From IMG/VR virus record IMGVR_UViG_2765235998_000001, positions 24,865 to 88,864 of that record: a stretch of DNA of 64,000 bases; one strand, given 5' to 3'. Source of the DNA: a virus (taxonomy: Duplodnaviria; Caudoviricetes). Both the position numbers and the translations under genes were made by a program. Position 1 is the stretch's first letter, and each line of letters opens with the position of its first letter. Of the stretch, positions 34,442 to 44,226 are shown one piece after another. Below the pieces are notes generated by a model. The model had not been told where the DNA came from. It did no database searches and was given only the letters and a program-made list of their open reading frames with translations.

Positions 34442-36739
34442 GTGGCCGTCACCCAGACGACACCCGCCCCCGCCGCCGACGGCCCCCGCCTCGTTCCCGC
34501 CCGCTCCATCCGCCGCCGCGCCCGCCTGGAGCGCCTCACCTACGGTGCTGCCGCCCTCGGTATCACCATCGCCCCCCACAACCCCGACTGGTGGCCCGCC
34601 CACCTCGGCGCCGCAGGCCTCGCCGCCGGAACCCTCTGGCGCCTCTTCGACAAGTGGGGCCAGACCCCCCTCGGCCAGCCCCACGCAGGCTTCCTCAAGA
34701 CCTGCCAGAAAGCCCTCCCGGTCCTCACCGGCGCCGGCATCTACCTCACCAACCTCCTCATGCCCGGCACCCCGTGGTGGGAGTACGCCGACGGCGCCGC
34801 CTGGGCCGCCCTGATGGGCCTCACCACGCCCCTCACCCACGCCGCGAACCTCCTCGCCCTCGTCCCCACCCCCGACCCGGAGACGCCCGAGCTCGAGGCC
34901 GCAGCCCCCGCACAACCCGCGAACTTCGCCGAGTACCGGGCCATGCAGTGGACGGCCTCCGACGCCGGCCGCGACACCCAACTCACAGGCGTCCGCCAGT
35001 ACTGCGACAACCAGGGCCGCCCCCTGCCCGACTTCGACGCCATCGTCGTCGCCCAGCAGGGCAAGCCCGTCCCCACCCCCAACCCCACCACCCTGGCCGC
35101 CGCCTTCGACATGCCCGAAGGCACCGTCACCCTCCACCCCATCGACGGCTCCGGACCCGGCCGCAAACTCCTCACCGCACGCCCCACCGAACACGCCACC
35201 CAGGCCATCCAGAACAACGACCCCGTCCACCAGATCTGGAACCAGAAGATCGCCACCCCCGGCGGCGGCGCCCCCGGCATGCTCCTCACCAGCTACCGCG
35301 CAGAGCCCAACCGCATCGCCCTGCGCGTCGAAGCCCCCGAAGACCAGCTCATCCAGCTCAACCAGAAACTCATCGCCCGAGGCTTCGGCTACAAGGACAC
35401 CAGCCTCGTCATGGTCGAAACCGACAGCCTCGGCGACGGCCTCATCTCCCTCTACAAGGAGCACCCCCTGCTGAACGTCCGCGAAGCCACCCGCGAAGAC
35501 CTCACCATGGCCCCCGACGGCACCATCGCACTCGGTCAGCAGCCCGACGCCCGCACCGGCCGCGTCCCCCTCTACGACCCGCAGATGGGCGCCATCACCG
35601 ACCTGTACGTCGGCGCCCCCGGAGCCGGAAAGTCCGTCACCCTGCTCCACGTCATCGCCGCCGAACGCCTCTCCGGCATCGTCTCCATCGTCGCCGACGC
35701 CCAGGACGGCATGTCCCTTCCCGAGGTCGACGGGCGCGTCTTCCACTTCGGCAAGGGCATCGCCGCCACCGCCGCGACCCTCGCCGCCGCCAACGACCTC
35801 GGCAAATACCGGGAGAAGATCAGCGCCGAGAACGGCTGGGGCTCCTTCGAGATCGGCAACCCCTGGCCGCTCGTCAACGTCACCCTCGACGAACTGAACC
35901 GCATCCTGTCCGCCGACGCCGTCGTACCCCGCCCCTTCCGCAAGTGGGTCACCGGCCTCGTCGGAGACACCCAGTCCACCGGCCGCAAGCTCGGCCTCGG
36001 CATCCGCTTCGCCGCCCAGTCCATCCACCTCGCCGACCTCGGCGACAAGGACCGCATCCGCGCCAACGCCAAGAACGGCACCGTCTGGCTCGGCCGCACC
36101 AACTCCTCCACCACCCAGCACATGGCCCGCGACGGCGTCCTGCCCCCCGGCGTCGAAATCGCCCCCATCCCCCGCTACTTCGGAACCGGCGGCAACAACG
36201 CCATCGACGCCGCGTTCGAAGGCAAGGAAGCCAAGCACGGCCCGATCACCGCGGGCATGGCCAACATCATCAACGGCGGCAGCCTCTTCACTAACCGCAC
36301 CTGGTTCGCCCGCAAGGAGAACAAGACCTACCCGCACCTCATCAACCTCATGGAATCCAGCCCCATCCCGTGGCTGACCGAGCAGGAGGTCGTCGTCTTC
36401 GGGATCTCCTACCAGCGGTGGCTGGCCTTCGCCGAGGCACTCCTGGCCGGAGAAGGCGAAGAGGGAATCCAGGAGGCCGTGGACGCGCACCAGGGCGTCG
36501 TGGGCAAGCAGGCCGCGTTCCTCGCCGACGACGACGAAGACGACCAGCCGTCCGCCGGCTCCATCAAGGACCGCATCCTCGACCTCCTCGCCGACGGCCA
36601 GCCCTGGCCCCTCAAAGACGTCCGCCACCGCCTCGACGACGTCGCCCCCGGCAGCGTCAACAACGCCATGACCGAACTCCGCGAAGCCGGCCACGTCCAG
36701 CCTGCCGGATCCCGCGGCACCTACCAGATCACCAACTAA
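34442..36739 (+). CDS. FtsK/SpoIIIE-family conjugative DNA translocase (TraB-type)
   Basis: N-terminal TMs; Walker A GAPGAGKS; Walker B VTLDE; GRKLG..FAAQ; C-terminal winged helix. Confidence 0.82.
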   Translation: MAVTQTTPAPAADGPRLVPARSIRRRARLERLTYGAAALGITIAPHNPDWWPAHLGAAGLAAGTLWRLFDKWGQTPLGQPHAGFLKTCQKALPVLTGAGIYLTNLLMPGTPWWEYADGAAWAALMGLTTPLTHAANLLALVPTPDPETPELEAAAPAQPANFAEYRAMQWTASDAGRDTQLTGVRQYCDNQGRPLPDFDAIVVAQQGKPVPTPNPTTLAAAFDMPEGTVTLHPIDGSGPGRKLLTARPTEHATQAIQNNDPVHQIWNQKIATPGGGAPGMLLTSYRAEPNRIALRVEAPEDQLIQLNQKLIARGFGYKDTSLVMVETDSLGDGLISLYKEHPLLNVREATREDLTMAPDGTIALGQQPDARTGRVPLYDPQMGAITDLYVGAPGAGKSVTLLHVIAAERLSGIVSIVADAQDGMSLPEVDGRVFHFGKGIAATAATLAAANDLGKYREKISAENGWGSFEIGNPWPLVNVTLDELNRILSADAVVPRPFRKWVTGLVGDTQSTGRKLGLGIRFAAQSIHLADLGDKDRIRANAKNGTVWLGRTNSSTTQHMARDGVLPPGVEIAPIPRYFGTGGNNAIDAAFEGKEAKHGPITAGMANIINGGSLFTNRTWFARKENKTYPHLINLMESSPIPWLTEQEVVVFGISYQRWLAFAEALLAGEGEEGIQEAVDAHQGVVGKQAAFLADDDEDDQPSAGSIKDRILDLLADGQPWPLKDVRHRLDDVAPGSVNNAMTELREAGHVQPAGSRGTYQITN

Positions 36740-36764
36740 CCCCGCCCCGAAGGAGCACCCGCCC

Positions 36765-37331
36765 GTGACCACCCAGCCCGGCCACCGCCCCGCCGCCACC
36801 CCGGCCGGGCCCCACACCCCCGACACCCTCCACCGCGCCGCCCAGATCGCCGCAGCCGTCGACGCCGTCTACGAACAGCCCACCGCCATTCGCATCAACG
36901 ACCCCGACATCCCCTCCTGGCAGGACGGGCCCCGCATCGGCACCACACCAGCCATCACCAACCAGCCCGGCGCACGACGACCCGCCATGAGCCAGCGCGC
37001 CGTCGACCTCAACACCACGATCCTCTCCAGCAGCGTCCTCGTCGCATCCCTCGGAGGAGCAACCTGCGCCGTCCTCTGGGCCTCCAGCGTCGCCAACTCC
37101 ACGGTCATCCAGTGGATCTGCGGCTGCGCCGTAGCCGTCCCCGCCGCCCTCGCCGTCGCCGCTCTCGCCTTCAAGAGCTTCATGAAAAGCGCCAAGGACG
37201 TCGTCCAGGCCGCCCCGCCCCAGATCAACCAGTACTACACCGGCTACGTCGACCAGCGCTCCACCCACCAGAACACCCAGACCCGCGGCGTCATCGCCGT
37301 CACCAAGAACACCCCCGAACTTCCCCGCTAA
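36765..37331 (+). CDS. Two-TM spread (Spd-like) protein
   Basis: Two TMs; QINQYYTGYVDQRS tail; directly after traB. Confidence 0.6.
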   Translation: MTTQPGHRPAATPAGPHTPDTLHRAAQIAAAVDAVYEQPTAIRINDPDIPSWQDGPRIGTTPAITNQPGARRPAMSQRAVDLNTTILSSSVLVASLGGATCAVLWASSVANSTVIQWICGCAVAVPAALAVAALAFKSFMKSAKDVVQAAPPQINQYYTGYVDQRSTHQNTQTRGVIAVTKNTPELPR

Positions 37332-37346
37332 CCCCAGGAGCCCGCC

Positions 37347-38024
37347 ATGGCCGCCACCCACACCCCGACCCGCCGCACCCGCAACACCCGCACACGCCGC
37401 CGCACCCGGCGCTTACCCCGCCTCGGCGGCTGGTGGATCGCCGTCATCCTCTCCGTCATCGCCGTCGCCAGGACCTGGCCCCTTTACACCGGCGCCGTCA
37501 CCGCCCTCATAGCTGTAGCCGCCGTCATCGCCGTCGTACGCCCCCGACGACTCGCCCGCCCCCTCGGCTGGGCCACCACCCTCATCCACATCATCAACAC
37601 CTACCGCACCCGCATGCCCGCCCCCGGACACCGCACCCTCGACGCCTTCCTCGCCATGAACCCCACCCAGTTCGAACACGCCATCACCGCCCTCGCCCGC
37701 GAAGACCGCAACGTCACCTACGCCCAGCAAGTCGGCCAAGCCAACGACCGCGGCGCCGACGTACTCATCCAAGTCCGCGGCCGCCGCATCCTCATCCAGT
37801 GCAAACACCACCAACCCGGCCACAACGTCAGCTCCGAAACCATCCAGATCACCAACGGCGTCTACCGCGACATCCACCACTGCGACGCCGCCATCATCGT
37901 CACCACCGCCGGCTTCACCGCATCCGCCATCGCCACCAACACGATGCTTCCCGCACCCATCCGGCTCGTCGACGGCCACGCCCTCACCACCTGGGCCAAC
38001 AACGGCACCCCACCCTGGACATGA
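37347..38024 (+). CDS. Membrane-anchored Mrr-like restriction endonuclease (contains a TTA codon)
   Basis: MNPTQFEHAITAL..VGQANDRGADV..ILIQCKH..IIVTTAGFT; two N-terminal TMs. Confidence 0.85.
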   Translation: MAATHTPTRRTRNTRTRRRTRRLPRLGGWWIAVILSVIAVARTWPLYTGAVTALIAVAAVIAVVRPRRLARPLGWATTLIHIINTYRTRMPAPGHRTLDAFLAMNPTQFEHAITALAREDRNVTYAQQVGQANDRGADVLIQVRGRRILIQCKHHQPGHNVSSETIQITNGVYRDIHHCDAAIIVTTAGFTASAIATNTMLPAPIRLVDGHALTTWANNGTPPWT

Positions 38025-38135
38025 CCCCCACGCGGGGGAAGAGGAAGCCACCTCAGACAAACCGCCGAATCTACGGCAGCATCAACACCACAGCCCGGGA
38101 ACAAGGCAGTCCCCCCGCCCCAACGCCCAGGCCCA

Positions 38136-38179
38136 CGGCCCCACCACCCGGCAACCCCCCGTCCGGGCAGGTGGGGCCG
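38136..38179 (+). terminator. Hairpin after transfer operon
   Basis: cggccccacc-acccgg / ccggg-ca-ggtggggccg. Confidence 0.55.
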
Positions 38180-38202
38180 ACCCCTATCCCGGGAGGCCAG
38201 CC

Positions 38203-38661
38203 GTGAACCGCCCTCACCGCAAGCTGAAACTCAACAACCGCACGACAACACCCCAACCAGTCACGATCGCCGAATGGGACGTGACACCCGGCCTCCACGA
38301 ATGGATCGAAAGCGAGATCAAGCAGCGAGAAGACACGGCCGCCCCACTGGTAGGTCTCGGGACGTGCCCCGACTGGGGCCACTGCCAACCCGACTGCACA
38401 CACCCGGTCGCCACCAACAACGCCACCGACATCCTGCGCCGCTGCACCGCCGACCGGAAGATCCTCGCCGCACACCCCTACACAACGCGCGTCATCAACC
38501 CGGCCTACGGCCCCCACTCCGCCGGATTCGGCTGCGAGACCTGCCACGACTGGGACGGCGTCCCCGAAGGACGCGGCAACTGCGCCACCATCCTCGCCCT
38601 CGCCGAAGCCTACGGACTCGAACCACCAGGCGAACAAGACGTCGAGATCATCCCCGGCTGA
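38203..38661 (+). CDS. DUF6221-like protein
   Basis: ILRRCTADRKILAAH..CETC..CATILALAEAYG. Confidence 0.7.
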   Translation: MNRPHRKLKLNNRTTTPQPVTIAEWDVTPGLHEWIESEIKQREDTAAPLVGLGTCPDWGHCQPDCTHPVATNNATDILRRCTADRKILAAHPYTTRVINPAYGPHSAGFGCETCHDWDGVPEGRGNCATILALAEAYGLEPPGEQDVEIIPG

Positions 38662-38730
38662 CCAGCAGATCGAAGCCCGGACCGGTCCACGCCGGATTCG
38701 CGCGCGTGAGGCGCAGAGAGGGAGCAGGGC

Positions 38731-39408
38731 ATGCCTGACCTGTACGGATGGATCGTGGAGCAGATCACGGCTCAGGAGGTGGTTGCCCGGGCGGCAACGG
38801 ACGGCCCGTGGAGTCTGCATCCCTGCCGGACCGATGAGCCGGGCGTTCTTGAGGTTCGCCATGGGGAGCAGCGCGGGACTGACATTGTCACGGATGCCTA
38901 CACGGCGGACGCCTGGCATATCGCCGTGAACGGGCCGAACGTCGCACTGCGCCGGTGCGCTGCCGACCGGAAGCTCCTCGCCCTGCACAAGCCGCGCGGC
39001 GTGGACTGGGATGCCGAAGGCCGCGACTGGGCCGGGAACCCGTACGTGTGTGAGGGGTGCGGGCAGGAGGGCATCTGCCAGGACTGGGTGACCGAGCACG
39101 CCAACGACTGCCCCGTCCTCCTGGCGATAGCTGAGGGGTACGGGCTGACGGAGACGGAGCGGGCGGTCCTGGACAGGCCGCGGTGGGAGCCGGCCCGGTC
39201 TTGCGGGCCGTCGGTGCTCGGGGAAGCCGTGGCGAGGGCGTGGGAGACGGCGGTACGTGCGTCCCTTCAGGCTTCCGGTGTCTCCAGGGAGGCCTTCGTG
39301 CTCAGTGATTCGGTGGAGCCGAGTCCGAAGGAGAAGGCTTTGAGCATCCTTGAGCCCGAGCTGCGGACTATTCGGCTGTACCGGCCGGCCGAGGGCCCTA
39401 AGCCCTAA
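38731..39408 (+). CDS. DUF6221-like protein (paralogue)
   Basis: HIAVNGP..ALRRCAADRKLLALH..CEGC..CPVLLAIAEGYG. Confidence 0.7.
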   Translation: MPDLYGWIVEQITAQEVVARAATDGPWSLHPCRTDEPGVLEVRHGEQRGTDIVTDAYTADAWHIAVNGPNVALRRCAADRKLLALHKPRGVDWDAEGRDWAGNPYVCEGCGQEGICQDWVTEHANDCPVLLAIAEGYGLTETERAVLDRPRWEPARSCGPSVLGEAVARAWETAVRASLQASGVSREAFVLSDSVEPSPKEKALSILEPELRTIRLYRPAEGPKP

Positions 39409-39461
39409 GTTACCGGCTGGTTCGGGTGCGACCTGCGGAAACGCGGGCCCCGAAGCCCCAC

Positions 39462-39659
39462 TCAGTCCATGAACGAGCCGTCCCGACGCACCTGATGCCG
39501 CGACAAGACGTGCTTGCACTGCGGGCAATGCCGGATCGTCCCCCGCTTCACGAACAGGCTGATCCCGCACGTCATCAAATGCCCGAACCCCGCCGCCAGG
39601 CTCTGGCCGGCCCGGCTCAGCCCCGGCATCGTGCACGTACGACAGTCACGGCAACCCAT
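39462..39659 (-). CDS. Small Cys-rich protein
   Basis: GAGGGGGG RBS; CRDCRTC..CPQC. Confidence 0.55.
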   Translation of the reverse strand: MGCRDCRTCTMPGLSRAGQSLAAGFGHLMTCGISLFVKRGTIRHCPQCKHVLSRHQVRRDGSFMD

Positions 39660-39810
39660 CGTGTCCCCCCTCAGAGATCAAGAGCCACAGAGTACGCACG
39701 GGGCTTCCGGTCGTCACCGGCCCGTACAAGCCCGGGACTTGATCGGAACACACCCGTCACAGACGGGCACACTGGGGGAGAGGGGAGTTCCGTTCCAACC
39801 CAAGGAGGTG

Positions 39811-39998
39811 ATGAGCACTGTGCCAAAGCGCCAGAAGCCTCGCGGCTTCGCTTCCAAGGCACAGTGGTTAGGCGATACTTCTTCGCCAACCCGCGACTGA
39901 GGGCCCGCTTCGCCCACCAGAAGGCCCACGCCACGAAGGGCGGGCCCGTGGCCCGCTACCGCCGTCTACCGATGCGCAAGGGCGTCCGACGCCGCTGA
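39811..39998 (+). pseudogene. Frameshifted small basic phage protein (F.SKAQW/RYFFAN type)
   Basis: AAGGAGG RBS; GFASKAQW in one frame continues as RYFFANPRLR... in another across TTAGG at 39868-39872. Confidence 0.55.
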
Positions 39999-40027
39999 AC
40001 CGCGCAAGCCCCCGCCCACCCACTCGC

Positions 40028-40135
40028 TCAGTCCAGCCTGAACAAACCCCAGACGACCAAGCCGGACACGGCCAAAGCCGCCACACCGATGGCCACCGTG
40101 AGAGCTGCTGTGGTGACGAAGTCCCGCAAGCTCAC
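40028..40135 (-). CDS. Small membrane peptide
   Basis: GTGA coupling; single TM. Confidence 0.45.
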   Translation of the reverse strand: MSLRDFVTTAALTVAIGVAALAVSGLVVWGLFRLD

Positions 40136-40335
40136 GCCTCGTCCCACCACTCCAGGCCCGGAACGAGCCGGATCCCGTCGAACTCCTCGGCAGGCTTGAA
40201 GAACCCGCAGCCCGGGACCTCGCACTTCCAGCCCAGCCGCATCGGATCCTTCACCAGCAGATGCTGATGCTCATCCGCCCACTCACCAAGCAGCGGACCG
40301 TATGCGAAGACCATGCTGTCCAGTCGGAGATTCAC
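40132..40335 (-). CDS. Hypothetical protein
   Basis: GAGGGAGG RBS; coupled. Confidence 0.5.
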   Translation of the reverse strand: MNLRLDSMVFAYGPLLGEWADEHQHLLVKDPMRLGWKCEVPGCGFFKPAEEFDGIRLVPGLEWWDEA

Positions 40336-40664
40336 GACTGCCCTCCCTCGCACCGGTGCACGCGGTACAGGACCTGCCCGCCCCACGTCTCCACCGTCTG
40401 CGTATCGCCCCGGCAGTCCTTCACCAGGCACGCCCGGCTGGCCCGCCTGACCGGCCGCCGCGGTTCCTCATCTGTGAGGCCCAGCTCCCGCTCGAGACGC
40501 TCGATCCTCGCGTAGTCGGGGCGCGGCCGATCAGGCATCAGACGATCCACCACAATCCATGGCGCCCGAGTGAAGAGTGGCGCACCCGGCTGGCGCCCTA
40601 CCCAGGTGAAGAACAATGCGCAACCGGCGCTGAACACCCACACCACAACAGGGATCTCAGGCAC
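40332..40664 (-). CDS. Hypothetical membrane protein
   Basis: AAGGAGG RBS; RPRPDYARIERLERELG. Confidence 0.55.
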   Translation of the reverse strand: MPEIPVVVWVFSAGCALFFTWVGRQPGAPLFTRAPWIVVDRLMPDRPRPDYARIERLERELGLTDEEPRRPVRRASRACLVKDCRGDTQTVETWGGQVLYRVHRCEGGQS

Positions 40665-40705
40665 GGGGCCTCCTTCACATCCTTGGCGTGCCGCCAGTAT
40701 CCCGC

Positions 40706-42412
40706 TTACGCCGCCTTGGCCTGCCCCTGCTTCGGATCGGCCTGGTCGTCGACCGGCTCGCCGTCCGCCGGGTCCTCCAACGCCCCCTCGCCGTCGGCCG
40801 CCGGATCGTCCTGCGAGTCCGGCCCACCCGTGTTGAACGGGTCGCCGGCCGGGATCGGATTCGCGGCCTGCTTGTCGTCCCGGATCCGGGCGACCTCCTT
40901 CAGGACCTCTTCCTCATCCCACTCCGGGCGCAGCGTCTTCACCTTCATATAGGTGGAGATCGCCCCCGCCGTCTCCAAGAACGACAACGTCCGCCCCACC
41001 GCCTCCGGGTCCGGCTGCACCGCCTGCGGCCACGTCGCGGTCAGCTCCGCCGCAGGGTCCACGCCCTTCGCCTTGCAGTGCACGACATCCACCATCATCG
41101 TCGCCGTCACCAGATCCAGCAGCGCCGGCCGCTGATACAGGATCTTCGTCCCCCGCGTGGTCAGGGACTCCTCCTTACGCGCCACGACCTCTGTCGCGGT
41201 CGCGGCCACCGTTCCTTCATCCCCGAACGACTGGGCGGAGTAGCCGGCACTCGAGAGGATCTGCTTGCGCAGCGCGCTGCACGTCCGCTCATGCTCATCC
41301 ACCCTGATGTTGAACTGGTTCATCGCCAGCGCGGTCGCACCCGATCCGTCGTCCAGCATGTTCAGCTGCACGAACACCTCACGGTCCAGGTCGAACATGC
41401 CGCCCGTGCCCGGCCCGTCGGTCTCCAGCATCGACTGCGGCAGCATGATCCGCGCCTTACCCAACCGCAGATCCCGCATCCACGACGTCCACGCCTCGTC
41501 CAGCGCCCCCAGCAGCGGCTCAATCCCCGCAAAATCCGAGCGCCCGAACGGGACCGCCTCCGGGATGTGCCCCCACCCACGGTTGGGGCGAATGTTCGGC
41601 AGATAGGCGACCAGCAGCCGGTCAACCTGCGTATCCACCATCCCCTTGTCGTTCACCCGGCCGGCCAGCCCCTCCGTCTCCGGGTGATCGGCCAACGCCA
41701 TCGACATGCCCAGGACGTCCGCATCACCCTTGTACAGCCCGTACTCGATGCTGCCGGGCTCGTGCCGCTCCAGCAGCCGCCACACCTCCGACCCTCCGGT
41801 CGGAGAGTCCAGCTGCCGCCACACGGTCGCCGCCGCGAGGATCCCCCACTTCCACTCCGGGATCACTGCATCCGGGCCGAGAATGTCCCACCACGGGCGC
41901 GGCCGCAGGCTGACATCCCACACCACCCGCACATACACCCCTGACAGGGCCGACGCCAGCTCTGTGCCCTCCCGCATCGTCGCGTGTCCGCGGTCGTCCA
42001 GGTACCGCTTGATCTGCTCCGTCGTCGACTTCGCCAGCCCCGTGTCCTCCGTGGAGTCCGTATCGACCGTCACCGACGGGATGTCCGTCCACAGCAGGTT
42101 CGCGGAGAGCTCGGCCACGTCCGCGGCGATCGGCACATGCAGCTTCGCCTGCGGCTGACCCGGCGTCACCGGCTCCCCCCAGAACATCCGCGCCAACCCG
42201 CCCACAATCCCGCCCCGGTACTGGGACGGCTTGTTCAGGTCGAAGAACTCCCGCGCCCGCGGATTCTGTGCGTACGAGCCGGGCCCGCCGTACACCTGCG
42301 CCAGGTGGGCGGTGTCTCCGCCGTACCAGGCCCGCCACACATCCATATCAGCGAACGGCTCCGCGAACTGGACCGGGGGCCAGGGGGTCTTCCCAGACGG
42401 CGGCAGCGGCAT
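40706..42412 (-). CDS. Portal protein (SPP1 gp6/A118-like)
   Basis: KLHVPIAADVAELSANLL..FGRSDFAGI..LDEAWTSWMRDLRLGK; follows terL. Confidence 0.88.
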   Translation of the reverse strand: MPLPPSGKTPWPPVQFAEPFADMDVWRAWYGGDTAHLAQVYGGPGSYAQNPRAREFFDLNKPSQYRGGIVGGLARMFWGEPVTPGQPQAKLHVPIAADVAELSANLLWTDIPSVTVDTDSTEDTGLAKSTTEQIKRYLDDRGHATMREGTELASALSGVYVRVVWDVSLRPRPWWDILGPDAVIPEWKWGILAAATVWRQLDSPTGGSEVWRLLERHEPGSIEYGLYKGDADVLGMSMALADHPETEGLAGRVNDKGMVDTQVDRLLVAYLPNIRPNRGWGHIPEAVPFGRSDFAGIEPLLGALDEAWTSWMRDLRLGKARIMLPQSMLETDGPGTGGMFDLDREVFVQLNMLDDGSGATALAMNQFNIRVDEHERTCSALRKQILSSAGYSAQSFGDEGTVAATATEVVARKEESLTTRGTKILYQRPALLDLVTATMMVDVVHCKAKGVDPAAELTATWPQAVQPDPEAVGRTLSFLETAGAISTYMKVKTLRPEWDEEEVLKEVARIRDDKQAANPIPAGDPFNTGGPDSQDDPAADGEGALEDPADGEPVDDQADPKQGQAKAA

Positions 42413-42438
42413 GACAGTCTCCTTCGAGGGGTTGAGGG

Positions 42439-43698
42439 TCAGGCGGCGAGCGCGAGATGCCGCTGCCACAAAGCACGAGTGGTGAAGATCCCGTAGCGCA
42501 GGGCGTCCACCCCGTGGTCGGCGACCTTCAAGGGCTGCTCGATACCGCGCAGGGAGGCCTGGTCGTCCCAGCTGTAGCCGCCGATCTCCTGGATCAGCGC
42601 CTCACAGGACTTGTGGACGAGGAGCTTGTTCGCGGCCAGGATGCTCGAGACGGTGCGGATTCCGTCCATGACGTCGTTCTTCGCCGGCGTCGGGGTGAGC
42701 TTGTCCCGCTTCAACTGCGCACTGAACGAGGCCGCTGACGGGTCGACGGTAATGAACTGCGGGCGCACCGCGCCGATCCCGGGCACATCCTGCAGCCAGC
42801 CCCGCAGCCGCTCGCTGTACTCGGTGTCCGTGAGCTGCTTACGGGTCTGCCGCGCCTCGTAGCGCCACTCCGCGGCCGCATACAGCTTGCGGTCCCGGCC
42901 CAGACCCAACAGGACAGCGTGGAACGGGTTACTCGTGCCGTAGTCCACGCCCAGCGAGATCCACCGGTGGATGCCCTCGGACGGCAGGTCGGTGACGATG
43001 TGCCGGTCCCGGTCCCACGCGTCGTAGATCGCGCCTTCAGCGGCCACCCACTCGCCCAGGATGAACCGGCGGTAGAACAAGCCCTCATGAGAGGCCTTCT
43101 GGTCGGCCACGTAGTCGGGGTCGAGGAAGGGGTTGTCGTCGATGGTGAAGGAGAACCTGCGCACAGGCTTACGGCCGGACTGGGATAGCCAGTCCCGCAT
43201 GAACCAGTGGGCGGGATTGTCGGGGTTGGTGGTGCAGAACAGCTGGGCGCCGCGCACCGACATCCGGCCGTAGAGCTGCTCGAAGAACACCTGCGGAATG
43301 AGGGTGACCTCATCCACGTAGGCACCGCACACCGTCATGCCGCGGATCTTCGGCTCGGACTTGGCGTCGTTCGCGCCGATCACATGCACGGTCCGGCCCA
43401 GGATGACCGCGGTCGGGGCGCCGGGCGTGTAGTGGATGAGCTTGGCGATGTCCCCGAACAGCGCCTCGTCCTGCATCGGCAGAAAAAGGTTCCTATGGAT
43501 GGTCTGCGCCGTCTTGCCGATCATCACGAGCTCGCCCGTGGACGGCGCATTCGCAATGAAGATCAGCCACTTCAGGAGGGAAGCGATCGTCTTCCCCGAC
43601 CGGATCGCGCCCTCCCAGCAGCAGATCTTCACCGTCGACTCGGCGACAGACCGGATCTGCTTCCGGGACAACGGCAGCGACTCCAGCGTGGTGGTCAC
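42439..43698 (-). CDS. terL: Terminase large subunit (PBSX-like)
   Basis: EGAIRSGKT; AYVDEVT; TTNP; LGVDYGTSNP; DHGVDALRY. Confidence 0.93.
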   Translation of the reverse strand: MTTTLESLPLSRKQIRSVAESTVKICCWEGAIRSGKTIASLLKWLIFIANAPSTGELVMIGKTAQTIHRNLFLPMQDEALFGDIAKLIHYTPGAPTAVILGRTVHVIGANDAKSEPKIRGMTVCGAYVDEVTLIPQVFFEQLYGRMSVRGAQLFCTTNPDNPAHWFMRDWLSQSGRKPVRRFSFTIDDNPFLDPDYVADQKASHEGLFYRRFILGEWVAAEGAIYDAWDRDRHIVTDLPSEGIHRWISLGVDYGTSNPFHAVLLGLGRDRKLYAAAEWRYEARQTRKQLTDTEYSERLRGWLQDVPGIGAVRPQFITVDPSAASFSAQLKRDKLTPTPAKNDVMDGIRTVSSILAANKLLVHKSCEALIQEIGGYSWDDQASLRGIEQPLKVADHGVDALRYGIFTTRALWQRHLALAA

Positions 43699-43701
43699 GG
43701 G

Positions 43702-44226
43702 CTACGCCTCGCCGTCACCCTCGACGGCCTGCTCATCCTCGGTGCGCGTGAACGCCACCAGCGCCTCACCCAGCGACCCGAGCATCGACTTGGCCGAGTC
43801 CAGGTTCGACGCCTCCACCGCCGGCACCAGCTTCAGCGACCGGTCCACCGCCATCGCCGCCGTTGACATCAGCGCACGCTTCTCCGACGCCGGCGCCTCA
43901 TCGAAGACGTGCTCCTCGTACGAGTTCTCCTTGCCGCCGAAGGAGTAGACGGTCGTCTCCTCCCACAGCTGGCGGCGCAGCCTCTCCGCGTCGGACAGCA
44001 GGTCCTCGGCAAGGATCGACCGGCGTTCCGCCATGTCGGCCAGGCGCGCCTCGGTCGCCGCCTGGATCTTCGACCGGTCGAAGGTGAGACCCAGGAACTC
44101 GGCGGTGCGGGACACCATCACGGGCGGTTTGTCGATCTCGCGGGCGATTCTGTTACGGCCGTAGCCGAGGTCGTGCAGCTCGCGGATCCGGTCGTGGAAC
44201 TCCTCAGGCAGGGGCTGGGGCATCAT
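43702..44226 (-). CDS. terS: Terminase small subunit (HTH)
   Basis: IRELHDLGYGRNRIAREID; directly upstream of terL. Confidence 0.75.
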   Translation of the reverse strand: MMPQPLPEEFHDRIRELHDLGYGRNRIAREIDKPPVMVSRTAEFLGLTFDRSKIQAATEARLADMAERRSILAEDLLSDAERLRRQLWEETTVYSFGGKENSYEEHVFDEAPASEKRALMSTAAMAVDRSLKLVPAVEASNLDSAKSMLGSLGEALVAFTRTEDEQAVEGDGEA

